Below, one piece after another: positions 35,253-45,281 of a stretch of DNA of 64,000 bases. The notes under the pieces are model-generated. The model searched no databases, was not told the DNA's origin, and worked only from the letters and a program-made list of their open reading frames with translations. The DNA is from Solirubrobacterales bacterium. GTDB taxonomy: Bacteria > Actinomycetota > Thermoleophilia > Solirubrobacterales > 70-9. A program made the translations under genes and the position numbers. Within the stretch, counting starts at the first letter, position 1. Each line of letters opens with the position of its first letter. The DNA lies in assembly GCA_035281725.1 (NCBI GenBank), contig DATEDJ010000004.1, positions 5,915-69,914 of the forward strand, written 5' to 3'.

Positions 35253-36155
35253 CTAGGGGAAGACCGCGTGCATCGCCGCGACGGCGGCCACGCCGAGGTC
35301 GTTGCGCGCCGCCGTCCGTTCCCGGGCCTGCTTCTTCTCCCGCGCCTTCGCGACGCGGTCGACGAGGGCGAAGTGGACCGGGTCGGCGATCGGCTGCGAG
35401 CCCGGTTCCGGGCCTGCCGCGGCCGAGCTAGCTTCCGCCGCCGCTTCGAAGGTTTCGTGCGAGGGGCTCAGTTCGCCTTCGGCTTCGCCGTTCTGGCCTT
35501 CCATGCCGGGCGGGATCGCGCCCTCGTTGGCGCCGCGGGCGACCGGCGCGTTCGGTTCGCCGGCAAGGCAACGGCTGATCCCGGCGGCGATCAGTTCGGC
35601 CCGCGCTTCGGAGCCCGCTTCGATCGGGTGGAGGTTGTCGGACTGCATCAGCTGCGGGTGGGTGTGGACGAAGCCGGCCCAGTCGGGGGTCTGCGTGCCG
35701 GGGCGCGAGGCGGCGAATTCGGCGACCACCCGGTTCTTGCCGGCGTTGTCGACGCCGTTGACGGTGAAGCCGTGGATCGTCGGCACCACCAGGCACCGTT
35801 CGCCGGCGATCGCGGCGACCTTCTTCAAGTTTTCCGCCAAGATCTGGGGATATTCGGGGTCGTCGTTGGTCCCCGCGTCGAACACGACCACGGAATCGGA
35901 AGGTTCGTAGCTTTCTTGGAACAGGTCGAAGATCTGGAAGCTGTTGGAGCCGCCGACGGCGTTGACGGTGATCGGGACACCGGGGAGCAGATGCTCGAGA
36001 TACGGAGAGGTGAGTTCCTCGAGGCTGTCGCCGACGACCAGGACGCGGCCGCTGCCGGGCAGCGCCTGGGCGCTCGGAGCGAGCGCCGCGGTCAGGGCGA
36101 GCGCGGCGAGGAGGGCGACGGCAAGCGTCGCGGCGATACCCCTGCGATTTGGCAT
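35253..36155 (-). CDS. Secreted SGNH/GDSL-family hydrolase
   Basis: 300 aa with a signal peptide. [10 protein letters not shown] (block I Ser), FDAGTNDD (block III), DNLHP (block V). Confidence 0.78.
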   Translation of the reverse strand: MPNRRGIAATLAVALLAALALTAALAPSAQALPGSGRVLVVGDSLEELTSPYLEHLLPGVPITVNAVGGSNSFQIFDLFQESYEPSDSVVVFDAGTNDDPEYPQILAENLKKVAAIAGERCLVVPTIHGFTVNGVDNAGKNRVVAEFAASRPGTQTPDWAGFVHTHPQLMQSDNLHPIEAGSEARAELIAAGISRCLAGEPNAPVARGANEGAIPPGMEGQNGEAEGELSPSHETFEAAAEASSAAAGPEPGSQPIADPVHFALVDRVAKAREKKQARERTAARNDLGVAAVAAMHAVFP

Positions 36156-36164
36156 CGTCGCGCT

Positions 36165-36653
36165 TTGTACCGCACCGGGCCGCTGGTCGCGGCGATCGTG
36201 ACCGTTTTGGCACTCGCAGCGTGCGGAGGCGGCAGCGCGAGCAGCACCGAAACGGTGACTTCCAAGACGCTGCCGCCCAAGGTCGTCGTGGCCACCCCGA
36301 AGAAGAGTGGGCCGGCGACGGGCGACTGCCAGAAGCAGCTCGGCGAATTCGTCGGCCGGATGACCGACCTGCGGCAGTCGCTGCTTGCCGGGCTGAGCTA
36401 CGCCGAATACGTGGTGCGGGTGCGGGCCATCCGCGACGCCTACGAGGCGGTCCCGGTGAAGAAGCTCGACGCGCCCTGCCTGAATGGCCCCGCCAGCGAC
36501 GCCGAGGACGCCTTCAACCAGTACCTGCGCGCCGCCAACACCTGGGGCGAATGCGCCGGCACCGCGGGGTGCGCGGCGAGCGAGATCGAAGGCAAGCTGC
36601 AGCGCCGCTGGCGAATCGCCTCAAAGAGCCTGGATAAGGCCAAGCAGGACTAG
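36165..36653 (+). CDS. Hypothetical lipoprotein (162 aa)
   Basis: The in-frame TTG at 36165 gives (M)YRTGPLVAAIVTVLALAACGGGSAS with a lipobox. The remainder is Cys-containing and plausibly folded. The upstream 299 codons of the listed ORF are a shadow of the SGNH gene. Confidence 0.6.
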   Translation: MYRTGPLVAAIVTVLALAACGGGSASSTETVTSKTLPPKVVVATPKKSGPATGDCQKQLGEFVGRMTDLRQSLLAGLSYAEYVVRVRAIRDAYEAVPVKKLDAPCLNGPASDAEDAFNQYLRAANTWGECAGTAGCAASEIEGKLQRRWRIASKSLDKAKQD

Positions 36654-37288
36654 CGCCCGTCGCCGACCACGGTGGCGACGATCATCGCGGCGTAGCCGTC
36701 GGCGATCTGCTCGGCCGAGTCGGGGCCGCGCCGCCGGTACCAGTCGGGCAGCCCGTTGAGGGCGCCGAAGATGAAGTAGGTGGCGTAGTTGACGTCGAGG
36801 TCGGGGCCGGCCGCCCCCGCCTCCTTCACGTCGCCGATCAATCCGGCGAGATTCCGCTCGTAATCCATGCGGATCCGCACCACCTCTTTGCGCCTCTTGC
36901 CCGAGAGGTGCTCCCACTCTTTGACGTAGATAGTGACCCGCTCGATGTTCTGCAGATACCAGAGCGAGCAGTCGTGGGCGAAGGAGCGGAGGCGCTCGAC
37001 CGGCGGCGCGTCGAGCGCCGCGGCCTCGGCGAGCATCGCCTCGAAGTGGCCGGCGGAGTCTTCGAAGATCCGCGCCAGAAGGTCTTCCTTCGATTCGATG
37101 TAGTGGTAGAGGCTGCCCTTGAGCACCCCGACCTCATCGGCGACGTCCTGGATCGACGCCGACGCGTAGCCCTTCTTGTGGAAGACGCGGATCGCCGCCT
37201 CGATCACGTCCTGGGCGCGATTGCGGCGGGTGCGAGCGGGCTTGCCCTGCCCCTCGGCAAGCTTCGCCTGACCGTCGTTAGGCGTCAT
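36650..37288 (-). CDS. TetR/AcrR-family transcriptional regulator
   Basis: 212 aa. HTH KGYASASIQDVADEVGVLKGSLYHYIESKEDLL. Confidence 0.92.
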   Translation of the reverse strand: MTPNDGQAKLAEGQGKPARTRRNRAQDVIEAAIRVFHKKGYASASIQDVADEVGVLKGSLYHYIESKEDLLARIFEDSAGHFEAMLAEAAALDAPPVERLRSFAHDCSLWYLQNIERVTIYVKEWEHLSGKRRKEVVRIRMDYERNLAGLIGDVKEAGAAGPDLDVNYATYFIFGALNGLPDWYRRRGPDSAEQIADGYAAMIVATVVGDGR

Positions 37289-37328
37289 CGTCGCTGCATT
37301 GCCAAGAGCGTCGCCAAATGCTCGGGGA

Positions 37329-37365
37329 ACTTTATATAGATTGTCGCGCGGCGTGGTACGCCGCG
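37329..37365 (-). promoter_or_regulatory. AT-rich TATATA box (37331-37340) plus 8-bp hairpin (37347-37365) between the SDR operon end and the tetR start
   Basis: aactttatatagattg is a sharp AT island in GC-rich DNA about 45 nt upstream of the tetR ATG. cgcggcgt-ggt-acgccgcg follows the SDR stop on the minus strand. Possible terminator plus tetR -10 or operator. Confidence 0.3.
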
Positions 37366-37380
37366 GGTATCAACCCCCGA

Positions 37381-38076
37381 CTACGGCGCGACGGTACGGC
37401 CGCCGCAGGCGTAGATCACCTGACCGGTGATGTAAGCCGCGTCGGGCGAGGCGAGGAAGGCGACGACGCCGGCGACGTCGTCAGGCGTACCGATCCGGCC
37501 GGCGGGGATCTTCGCCACCAGTTTCCTCAAGACCGCGGGCGGCATCGCCTGGGTCATCGGCGTGTCGACCAGGCTGGGGGCCACCGCGTTGACCCGCACC
37601 CGCGGCGCCCAGCGCTGGGCGAGCGCGCGGCCGAAGCCGACCAGCCCCGCCTTCGAGGCGCTGTAGTTGGCCTGGCCGAAGTTTCCCAGGGAGGCGCGCG
37701 AGCTCATGTTCACCACCGAGCCGCCCTCGACGAAGCGCTGCTCGAGCGCCAGCGTGAGCCGGATCGCGGCGGTCAGGTTGATCGCGATCACGGCGGCGAA
37801 GTCCTCCTCGGTCATCTTCGTCGCCCGGGCGTCGCGGGTGATCCCGGCGTTGTTGACGAGCACGCCGACCTCCGCCCCGGCCGCCTCGACCACCGCCTCG
37901 ACGCCCTCGGGCCTGGTCAGGTCGGCGACGACCCCGCGCGCACCCTGCGCCGCCGCGACCTCCTCCACCTTCGGATCGAGATCGACCAGCACCAGCTGGT
38001 GCCCGGCCGCGGCGAGCCGCTCGCCGATCCGCCCGCCGAGCCCGCCCGCGGCGCCGGTGACGATCGCCGCGCTCAC
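37381..38076 (-). CDS. SDR-family oxidoreductase (FabG-like 3-oxoacyl reductase)
   Basis: 231 aa. TGAAGGLGG, NNAGITRD, YSASKAGLVGF, NAVAPSLVDTPM. Confidence 0.88.
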   Translation of the reverse strand: MSAAIVTGAAGGLGGRIGERLAAAGHQLVLVDLDPKVEEVAAAQGARGVVADLTRPEGVEAVVEAAGAEVGVLVNNAGITRDARATKMTEEDFAAVIAINLTAAIRLTLALEQRFVEGGSVVNMSSRASLGNFGQANYSASKAGLVGFGRALAQRWAPRVRVNAVAPSLVDTPMTQAMPPAVLRKLVAKIPAGRIGTPDDVAGVVAFLASPDAAYITGQVIYACGGRTVAP

Positions 38077-38504
38077 GCCGGCAGTTTCCCCAGGTTGGCG
38101 CCGCCGACCTGCAGCAGCTGCCCGGTCAGCTCGGACTCGGCGAGCATCGCGATCGTCAGCGCCACCGGGTCCTCTTCGTCGGCGGCCTCGTCGACCGAAG
38201 CGACCCCCAGGCCCTCCCGGCCGCCGGCCTCCGCGACACCCGGCGCGGCGACGACGTTGATCCGCCAGCCCGGTTTGGCGCCCTCGATCGCGAGCGTCCG
38301 CACCATCCCCAGCAGGCCGGTGGCGACGGCGGCGTCGAGCGGGTCGCCCTGGCCGAGCAGGTCGCCCGCGGCGACCACGACGACGACCGGACGCCGCGCC
38401 TCGAGCGCGTCACGCGCCCGGGCGAACGCCCCGGTGAGCGCCAGCGTCACCGAGCCGGGGCCATCCCCGAGCGGCTCCTGGCGCAGGACCAAAAGATCAC
38501 TCAC
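38073..38504 (-). CDS. Degenerate SDR-like protein (143 aa) lacking a glycine-rich cofactor motif, coupled to the downstream SDR
   Basis: The in-frame GTG at 38504 gives VSDLLVLRQEPLGDGPGSVTLALTGAF...VVVVVAAGDLLGQGDP...GMVRTLAIEGAKPGWRINVVAAPG. The stop overlaps the SDR start. It is the 3' tail of the listed 580-aa ORF, and the rest of that ORF is the antisense shadow of the acetoacetyl-CoA synthetase gene. Confidence 0.55.
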   Translation of the reverse strand: MSDLLVLRQEPLGDGPGSVTLALTGAFARARDALEARRPVVVVVAAGDLLGQGDPLDAAVATGLLGMVRTLAIEGAKPGWRINVVAAPGVAEAGGREGLGVASVDEAADEEDPVALTIAMLAESELTGQLLQVGGANLGKLPA

Positions 38505-38576
38505 GCATCCATCCTTCCAGAGCCAACTGCATACATCCCCGCCGAGGGTATCGACAGCCCAATAAAGTGCCGCTCG

Positions 38577-40562
38577 ATGAAGGAGACCCCCGAGATTCTC
38601 TGGGAGCCCAGCGCGGCGGCGGTCGAGCGCTCGAATCTGACCGCCTACACCGACTGGCTGCGGGCCGAGCGCGGCGTCGACGTCACCACCTACCCGCAGC
38701 TCTGGCAGTGGTCGGTCGACCATCTCGAGGCGTTCTGGGACTCGATCTTCGACTACTTCGAGGTGGCCTACGACGGCGAGCGCGGCCCCGCCCTCGCCTC
38801 GCGAGAGATGCCCGGCGCCGAGTGGTTCCCCGGCGTCCGCGTCAACTGGGCCGAGCGCGCCTTCGCCGGGAAAGGCGACGACGCGGTCGCGATCCTGCAC
38901 GCCTCCGAGTTGCGCGAGCTGGACGAGATCACCTGGGGCGAGTTGCGCGAGAAGGTTGCCGCCTGCGCCGCGGGCCTTCGCTCCCTCGGGGTGGAGAAGG
39001 GCGACCGCGTCGTCGCCTACCTCCCCAACGTCGCCGAGGCCGTGGTCGCCTTCCTCGCCACCGCCTCGATCGGCGCGATCTGGTCCTCCGCCTCGCCCGA
39101 CTTCGGCGCCGGCTCGCTGATCGACCGCTTCGCCCAGATCGAGCCGAAGGTGCTGATCGCGGTCGACGGCTACCGCTACGGCGGCAAGGACTTCGACCGC
39201 ACCCCGGTCGTCCGCCAACTGCAGGAGGCGATGCCGAGCGTCGAGCACACGGTCCTCCTCCCCTACCTCGACCCCGCGGCCGACGCGACCTCCGGCGCCG
39301 CCGCCCTGGAGAACGTGGTCCGCTGGGACGACCTGCTCGGAGCCGGCGAGGACGCCGAGCTGACCTTCGAGCGCGTCCCCTTCGACCACCCGCTCTGGGT
39401 CCTCTACTCCTCCGGCACCACCGGGCTGCCGAAGGCGATCGTCCAGGGCCAGGGCGGCATCCTGCTCGAGCAGCTGAAGAAGATGCACCTGCACGCCGAC
39501 GCCCACCCCGGCGACCGCCTCTTCTGGTTCACCACGACCGGCTGGATGATGTGGAACTTCATCGTCTCCGGCCTGCTCACCGAGGCGGCGATCGTCCTCT
39601 ACGACGGCAACCCCGGCTTCCCCGACATGGGCCGTCTCTGGGACCTCGCCGAGGAGGCCGGGATCACGATGTTCGGCACCTCGGCCGCCTACATCTCGGC
39701 CTGCATGAAGGCGGGCGAGGAGCCCGGCGCGGGCCGCGACCTCTCCCGCCTGCGCTCGGTCGGCTCGACCGGCTCGCCGCTCGCGCCGGAGGGCTTCGAC
39801 TGGATCTACGAGCACGTCGGCTCAGACACCTGGCTCTTCTCGACCTCCGGCGGGACCGACCTCTGCACCGCCTTCGTCGGCGGCGTCCCCACCCTGCCGG
39901 TCTACCGCGGCGAGCTGCAGGCGCGGGCGCTCGGCGCCAAGGTCGAGTCCTGGGACCCCGAGGGGCACCCGCACATCGGCGAGGTCGGCGAGCTCGTGAT
40001 CACCGAGCCGATGCCCTCGATGCCGCTCTTCCTCTGGAACGACCCCGACGGCACCCGTCTGCGCGAGAGCTACTTCGAGATGTACCCGGGGATCTGGCGC
40101 CACGGCGACTGGATCGAGATCACCGAGCGCGGCACCGCGATCATCCACGGCCGCTCCGACTCGACCATCAACCGCGGCGGCATCCGCATCGGCACCGCCG
40201 AGATCTACCGCGCCGTGCTCGAGTCCGAGGAGATCGTCGACGCCCTCGTCGTCGACCTCCCCCGCGACGGCACCGACGGCGTGATCGAGCTCTTCGTCGT
40301 CCTCCGCGAGGGCGCCGAGCTCGACGACGACCTGCGCAAGACCCTCGCCCGGGCGATCCGCGAACGCTGCAGCCCCCGCCACGTCCCCGACGAAGTTCGT
40401 GCGATCGAGGCCGTCCCCCGCACCCTCTCGGGCAAGGTGGTCGAGGTACCGACGAAGCGGATCCTCATGGGGGCCGATCCGACCAAGGTGGTGAGCCGCG
40501 ACTCGCTCGCCAACCCCGAGGCGCTCGACTACTTCGTCGAGCTCGCCGAATACGACGCCTAG
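38577..40562 (+). CDS. Acetoacetyl-CoA synthetase (acetoacetate-CoA ligase)
   Basis: 661 aa. N-terminus MKETPEILWEPSAAAVERSNLTAYTDWL. AMP-binding YSSGTTGLPKAIV. ...SGKVVEVPTKRIL C-terminal region. Confidence 0.92.
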   Translation: MKETPEILWEPSAAAVERSNLTAYTDWLRAERGVDVTTYPQLWQWSVDHLEAFWDSIFDYFEVAYDGERGPALASREMPGAEWFPGVRVNWAERAFAGKGDDAVAILHASELRELDEITWGELREKVAACAAGLRSLGVEKGDRVVAYLPNVAEAVVAFLATASIGAIWSSASPDFGAGSLIDRFAQIEPKVLIAVDGYRYGGKDFDRTPVVRQLQEAMPSVEHTVLLPYLDPAADATSGAAALENVVRWDDLLGAGEDAELTFERVPFDHPLWVLYSSGTTGLPKAIVQGQGGILLEQLKKMHLHADAHPGDRLFWFTTTGWMMWNFIVSGLLTEAAIVLYDGNPGFPDMGRLWDLAEEAGITMFGTSAAYISACMKAGEEPGAGRDLSRLRSVGSTGSPLAPEGFDWIYEHVGSDTWLFSTSGGTDLCTAFVGGVPTLPVYRGELQARALGAKVESWDPEGHPHIGEVGELVITEPMPSMPLFLWNDPDGTRLRESYFEMYPGIWRHGDWIEITERGTAIIHGRSDSTINRGGIRIGTAEIYRAVLESEEIVDALVVDLPRDGTDGVIELFVVLREGAELDDDLRKTLARAIRERCSPRHVPDEVRAIEAVPRTLSGKVVEVPTKRILMGADPTKVVSRDSLANPEALDYFVELAEYDA

Positions 40563-42010
40563 CGCAGCAGCGACGGGACCTTGAGCCTCCGTTCCAGGGT
40601 CGGGCCGCCGGCGACGGTCGCGTAGGCCTGGACCGGGACCGGGTAGCGCCCGCCGGCGCCTTCGGGCGCGTAGCGACGAGCCAGGGTGAAGACCTTGGCC
40701 GGGATCTCGATCGTCTGCCTCGTCGCCGATTCGGCGCCGACGGAGTAAGGGATCCGGGCGAAGGGGAACGGCTTTTTCTTCGCCCCGTTCGGCAGCGGCC
40801 CGCTGTATCTGGGGACGGCGAGCGTCAGTTCCAGGGTCCCTTCGCAGGTGCTCGACCCGCCGCAGGCGAGGGTGAAGCCGAAGGTGTGCGCCTGCCGGTC
40901 GGCGGCCTGCGCCCAGACGTCGATGCCGGGCCCGCCCGGGACGATCCGCGAGATCTGGGCGTAACCGAACGACCAGATATCTCCTTCGGGGCCGGCCACG
41001 GCGGTCCCGTGGACGTTCGGGTAGAGCGTCTCCTGGCCCGCCGGCGTCAACCGCATCAGCCCACTTTCGATCGCTGGAAACCAGGCATCCCCTTCCGGTC
41101 CGAAGGTCAATGGGCCCTGCGGGATCACGCCGCGGATCTTGTACGCCGGCCCGAATTTCCCGTCGGTGGCGATCGTGCCGATCCGGTGGGTCGAGATGGC
41201 GGACTCGGCGAACCAGAGAAGGCCGTCGGGGCCGACGACGATCCCGGCCGGTCCCGATTCTTCGATCGGGGTCAGAAAGAGGGCGAAGCGGCCGTTCGGC
41301 GTCATCTGGCCGATGAAGCCGGCGCCGTCTGACGACGTCCGCTCACCGACGAAGGTGTCGCTGACCGCGGTGAACCAGACGTTCCCGTCAGGCCCGACGA
41401 CGAGGCCACGCGGTTCGAGCTTCCTCGGGAGCGGGAACCGCTGGACGACGGCTCCCGGCACGACGTGGACCAATTCCCCGCCGGCCGAGTTGGTCGGCTG
41501 CCCGTAGTAACCGGGGGTGAGTTCTCCGGTGGCGACCCAGAGCCCCCCTCGCCCATCCGGAGCCACGCCGTAGACCTTGAGGGTGCGGCCGGAACGTGCC
41601 GAGCCCAACGGAAACGTCGTGGTGCTGCCGTCGGCGGCGATCCGATCGATGCTCAGCTCCGCGCCTTTGACGGCGGGGCTCTGCGCGTTTATCGCGGCGA
41701 GCCAGATTTCCCCCGCCGGACCGGTGGCGATCGGGCCCGGTTCGGAGGTCGGGACGGCGCGCCTGACCAGGGTCCCGTCGGGCAACAGATTCGCGAGCGT
41801 CGAGCTGAACGATCCTTCGCGTTCATCGCAGAGGCGAATCAGCACGCCTGCCTGTGGCGCAGCGGTAAAGGCGACCTCGCTGTCGGGACAGCCGGGGATC
41901 TGGAAGGTGGTGATTTCGCCCGGCGTCGCCGCCATGGCAACGGCCGCCCCGAGCGCAAGCAGGCAGAGCACGAGCGAGGCGAGGGCGGTGAGGGAACGAC
42001 GGACGTGCAT
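40559..42010 (-). CDS. Secreted beta-propeller protein, virginiamycin B lyase (Vgb)-like repeats, plus a C-terminal beta domain
   Basis: The internal ATG at 42010 gives MHVRRSLTALASLVLCLLALGAAVAMA (signal). Repeats GPAGEIWLAA, GPDGNVWFTA, GPDGLLWFAE, GPEGDAWFPA, GPEGDIWSFG. 483 aa. Confidence 0.72.
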   Translation of the reverse strand: MHVRRSLTALASLVLCLLALGAAVAMAATPGEITTFQIPGCPDSEVAFTAAPQAGVLIRLCDEREGSFSSTLANLLPDGTLVRRAVPTSEPGPIATGPAGEIWLAAINAQSPAVKGAELSIDRIAADGSTTTFPLGSARSGRTLKVYGVAPDGRGGLWVATGELTPGYYGQPTNSAGGELVHVVPGAVVQRFPLPRKLEPRGLVVGPDGNVWFTAVSDTFVGERTSSDGAGFIGQMTPNGRFALFLTPIEESGPAGIVVGPDGLLWFAESAISTHRIGTIATDGKFGPAYKIRGVIPQGPLTFGPEGDAWFPAIESGLMRLTPAGQETLYPNVHGTAVAGPEGDIWSFGYAQISRIVPGGPGIDVWAQAADRQAHTFGFTLACGGSSTCEGTLELTLAVPRYSGPLPNGAKKKPFPFARIPYSVGAESATRQTIEIPAKVFTLARRYAPEGAGGRYPVPVQAYATVAGGPTLERRLKVPSLLR

Positions 42011-42101
42011 GCTCAGGGAACCTTCGTGCAGTCCGGAAGTTGCCCTGCCCCCGATCGCGTGTCTGCAGTTGGTCCCGCTATCCGGGATCAACTGCAGACG
42101 C

Positions 42102-42133
42102 AAAAAAGAGGGCCGCCCCGAAGGACGGCCCTC
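42102..42133 (-). terminator. Rho-independent terminator (minus strand) located upstream of the 42010 start
   Basis: The minus strand reads gagggccgtccttcggggcggccctc followed by TTTTTT (A6 at 42102-42107 on the plus strand). It is immediately followed by a second hairpin with 11-bp arms (42061-42099). Confidence 0.7.
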
Positions 42134-42439
42134 TCGAATCTGGTGCATGGGAACGTGCGCATGACAACGCGGTCACGTGGGACAAAGCGCAACCTCCACG
42201 CGCACGCCGGTGCCCGGGGTGGATTCGCCGGGCGCCCGAACCAGTGCGGCGCCTAGCGGCCCTGCACCTCCAGAGTCCCTTCAAGCATGTGACTCAAAAT
42301 TAGGACCACCTCCTTTCTCTGGTCTGACGATTGAAGCACACGTCGGCGGCGGTCTCGAACACACCGTTTCGGGAAGCGGAATCGGCGGACCGGCCAACCC
42401 GGTCGGGCCGACGAGTCGACCTCCCTAAGCTCCGGGATC

Positions 42440-43273
42440 ATGGATTTCGGCGAGTACGGAGCGTGGACTTCCTACGCGCGCATCGGCGAGGAGAACCCGG
42501 GCGCCGCGGCGGCCGCGGCCGAGGCGGCGGGGCTGGGGACGTTCTGGCTCGGCGGCTCGCCGCGGCTGGCCCAGGTGCGGCGCCTGCTCGAGGGTTCGGA
42601 GAAGCTGACGATCGCCACCTCGGTGGTCAACATCTGGACCTATGGCCCGGCCGACCTGGCCCGCGAATACACCGAACTCGAGGCGGACTTTCCCGGCCGC
42701 GTGTGCGTCGGGATCGGGGTCGGCCACCCGGAGGCGACCAGCGACTACAAGCGGCCACTGAGCGCGCTCGAAGGCTTCCTCGACGGGGTCGACGCCGCCG
42801 CCGAGTCGATCCCGGTCGCGCGCCGCATCGTCGCCGCGCTCGGGCCGAAGATGCTGGCGATGAGCGCCCGGCGCTCGCTCGGCACGATTCCCTACTTCAG
42901 CTCCGTCGACCACACCCGCGCCGCCCGCGCGACGGTCGGCCCCGACGCGCTGGTGATCCCCGAGGTCGCCTACGTGCTCGACGAGGACGTCGAGCGTGCG
43001 CGGGCGACGGCGCGCCGCTACGCCTCGCTCTACCTCGGCCTGCGCAACTACACCAACGCGCTGCTGCAACATGGCTTCGAGGCGGCCGACATCGAGGACG
43101 GCGGCAGCGACCGCCTGATCGACCACGTGATCCCGCACGGAAGCGCCGCCGACGTCGCTGCCACAGTCCGCGCCCACCGCGAGGCGGGCGCGGACCACGT
43201 CGCCCTGCAGGCGCTCGGGGGCGACGGCATCCCGGGCGACGAGTGGACGGCGCTCGTCAAAGCGCTTAGCTGA
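42440..43273 (+). CDS. LLM-class (luciferase-like) F420-dependent oxidoreductase
   Basis: 277 aa. MDFGEYGAWTSYARIG start and overall LLM pattern (VGIGVGHPE...). Resembles the TIGR03620-type short LLM proteins. Cofactor assignment is inferred. Confidence 0.75.
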   Translation: MDFGEYGAWTSYARIGEENPGAAAAAAEAAGLGTFWLGGSPRLAQVRRLLEGSEKLTIATSVVNIWTYGPADLAREYTELEADFPGRVCVGIGVGHPEATSDYKRPLSALEGFLDGVDAAAESIPVARRIVAALGPKMLAMSARRSLGTIPYFSSVDHTRAARATVGPDALVIPEVAYVLDEDVERARATARRYASLYLGLRNYTNALLQHGFEAADIEDGGSDRLIDHVIPHGSAADVAATVRAHREAGADHVALQALGGDGIPGDEWTALVKALS

Positions 43274-43298
43274 GCCGTCCGGCCGGTACCTTTAGCCG

Positions 43299-45200
43299 AT
43301 GCCTGAACTACGCTCCCGCACCGTCACCCATGGCCGCAACATGGCCGGCGCCCGCGCGCTGCTGCGCGCCACCGGCGTCGCCCGCGAGGACTTCGGCAAG
43401 CCGATCGTCGCGATCGCCAACTCCTTCACCCAGTTCGTCCCCGGCCACACCCACCTGGGGCCGGTCGGCGAGGTGGTCGCCGCCGCCGTCCACGAGGCGG
43501 GCGGCGTGCCGCGCGAGTTCAACACGATCGCCGTCGACGACGGGATCGCGATGGGCCACGGCGGGATGCTCTACTCGCTGCCCTCACGCGACCTGATCTC
43601 CGACGCGGTCGAGTACATGGCCAACGCCCACTGCGCCGACGCCCTGGTCTGCATCTCCAACTGCGACAAGATCACCCCGGGGATGCTGAACGCGGCGCTC
43701 CGCCTCAACATCCCGACCGTGTTCGTCTCCGGCGGGCCGATGGAGGGCGGCACCGCCGTGCTCGAGGACGGCACCGTGCGCAAGCGGGTCAACCTGATCT
43801 CGGCGATCGCCGACGCGGTCGCGACCGAGGTATCCGACGACGACATCGCCCGGATCGAGGAGGCGGCCTGCCCGACCTGCGGCTCCTGCTCGGGGATGTT
43901 CACCGCCAACTCGATGAACTGCCTGACCGAGGCGCTCGGCGTCGCCTTGCCCGGCAACGGCACCACGCTCGCCACCCACACCGCGCGCAAGGAGCTCTAC
44001 GAGGACGCCGGTCGCACCGTGGTCGGCCTCTGCACGCGCTACTACGAGGAGGACGACGAGAGCGTGCTGCCGCGCTCGATCGCCACCCGCGAGGCATTCG
44101 AGAACGCGATGACGCTCGACATCGCGATGGGCGGCTCGACCAACACCGTGCTCCACCTCCTGGCCGCCGCCCAGGAGGCCGAGGTCGACTTCACGATGGC
44201 CGACATCGACGAGCTCTCGCGCCGCGTGCCCTGCATCTGCAAGGTGGCGCCGAACGGCGACTACCTGGTCGAGGACGTCCACCGCGCGGGCGGCATCCCG
44301 GCGATCCTCGGCGAGCTGCGTCGCGGCGGGCTCTTGAACGAGGGCGTCCACACCGTCCACGCCAAGTCGATCGACGAGTGGCTCGGGGCCTGGGACCTGC
44401 GCGGCGGCGACGCCTCCGAGGAGGCGGTCGAGCTCTTCCACGCCGCCCCCGGCTGCCGCCGCTCGGCCACCGCCTTCTCGCAGTCTGAGCGCTGGGAGTC
44501 GCTCGACGTCGACGCCGCCGCGGGCTGCGTCCGCGACATCGCCCACGCCTACTCGGCCGACGGCGGCCTGGCGATCCTCTACGGCAACCTCGCCGAGCGC
44601 GGCTGCGTGGTGAAGACCGCCGGCGTCGACGAGTCGATCCTCACCTTCCGCGGTCCGGCCCGGGTGCTCGAGTCCCAGGACGAGGCGGTCGAGGCGATCC
44701 TCGGCGGCCAGATCGCGGCGGGCGACGTGGTCGTGATCCGCTACGAGGGACCGAAGGGCGGCCCTGGCATGCAGGAGATGCTCTACCCGACCTCCTACCT
44801 GAAGGGGCTCGGGCTGGGCGCCAAATGCGCGCTGCTCACCGATGGCCGCTTCAGCGGCGGAACCTCGGGGCTCTCGATCGGCCACGTCTCCCCGGAGGCG
44901 GCGTCGGGCGGGGCGATCGCCCTGATCGAGGACGGCGACCCGATCGCGATCGACATCCCTTCCCGCTCGATCGAGCTGGAGGTGGGCGCCGAGGTGCTGG
45001 AGGAGCGCCGCGAGGCCCTGCTGGCCGGGCGCGGCTACGTCCCCGCGGCGCGGGAGCGCGTCGTCTCACCGGCACTGCGCGCCTACGCGGCGATGGCCAC
45101 CTCGGCGGACACCGGCGCGGTCCGCGACGTCGACGCCGTGGAGCGGGCGATGGCCGAGGCGGCCAGGCGCGGCGGCAGCGTCGAGGCGCCCGCCTCTTAG
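43299..45200 (+). CDS. ilvD: Dihydroxy-acid dehydratase
   Basis: 633 aa. [69 protein letters not shown]. Confidence 0.95.
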   Translation: MPELRSRTVTHGRNMAGARALLRATGVAREDFGKPIVAIANSFTQFVPGHTHLGPVGEVVAAAVHEAGGVPREFNTIAVDDGIAMGHGGMLYSLPSRDLISDAVEYMANAHCADALVCISNCDKITPGMLNAALRLNIPTVFVSGGPMEGGTAVLEDGTVRKRVNLISAIADAVATEVSDDDIARIEEAACPTCGSCSGMFTANSMNCLTEALGVALPGNGTTLATHTARKELYEDAGRTVVGLCTRYYEEDDESVLPRSIATREAFENAMTLDIAMGGSTNTVLHLLAAAQEAEVDFTMADIDELSRRVPCICKVAPNGDYLVEDVHRAGGIPAILGELRRGGLLNEGVHTVHAKSIDEWLGAWDLRGGDASEEAVELFHAAPGCRRSATAFSQSERWESLDVDAAAGCVRDIAHAYSADGGLAILYGNLAERGCVVKTAGVDESILTFRGPARVLESQDEAVEAILGGQIAAGDVVVIRYEGPKGGPGMQEMLYPTSYLKGLGLGAKCALLTDGRFSGGTSGLSIGHVSPEAASGGAIALIEDGDPIAIDIPSRSIELEVGAEVLEERREALLAGRGYVPAARERVVSPALRAYAAMATSADTGAVRDVDAVERAMAEAARRGGSVEAPAS

Positions 45201-45204
45201 ACGA

Positions 45205-45256
45205 ACGCCGCCCGGTGGGCGGCGTCTCAGCGGACCGCCGCCCGGATGGGCGGCGG
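45205..45256. terminator. Two tandem 9-bp GC hairpins between convergent ilvD and a small ORF
   Basis: acgccgccc-ggt-gggcggcgt (45205-45225) and ccgccgccc-ggat-gggcggcgg (45235-45256). The two are direct repeats of each other. Confidence 0.5.
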
Positions 45257-45281
45257 CGATGGTGCTACGGCTCCCGCTCGC

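Noticed and set aside
42303-42318. The plus-strand string GGACCACCTCCTTTCT looks like the 3' terminus of 16S rRNA.
   Set aside because: No rRNA sequence context exists on either side. It is better explained as the complement of an unusually long Shine-Dalgarno on the minus strand (see the finding at 42011-42439).
42253-42441. 62-aa ORF (MIPELREVDSSARPGWPVRRFRF...).
   Set aside because: It is Arg-rich and spans the divergent promoter region, and its start would overlap the LLM oxidoreductase start. Only the last 14 codons, which follow the very strong SD, are considered potentially translated.
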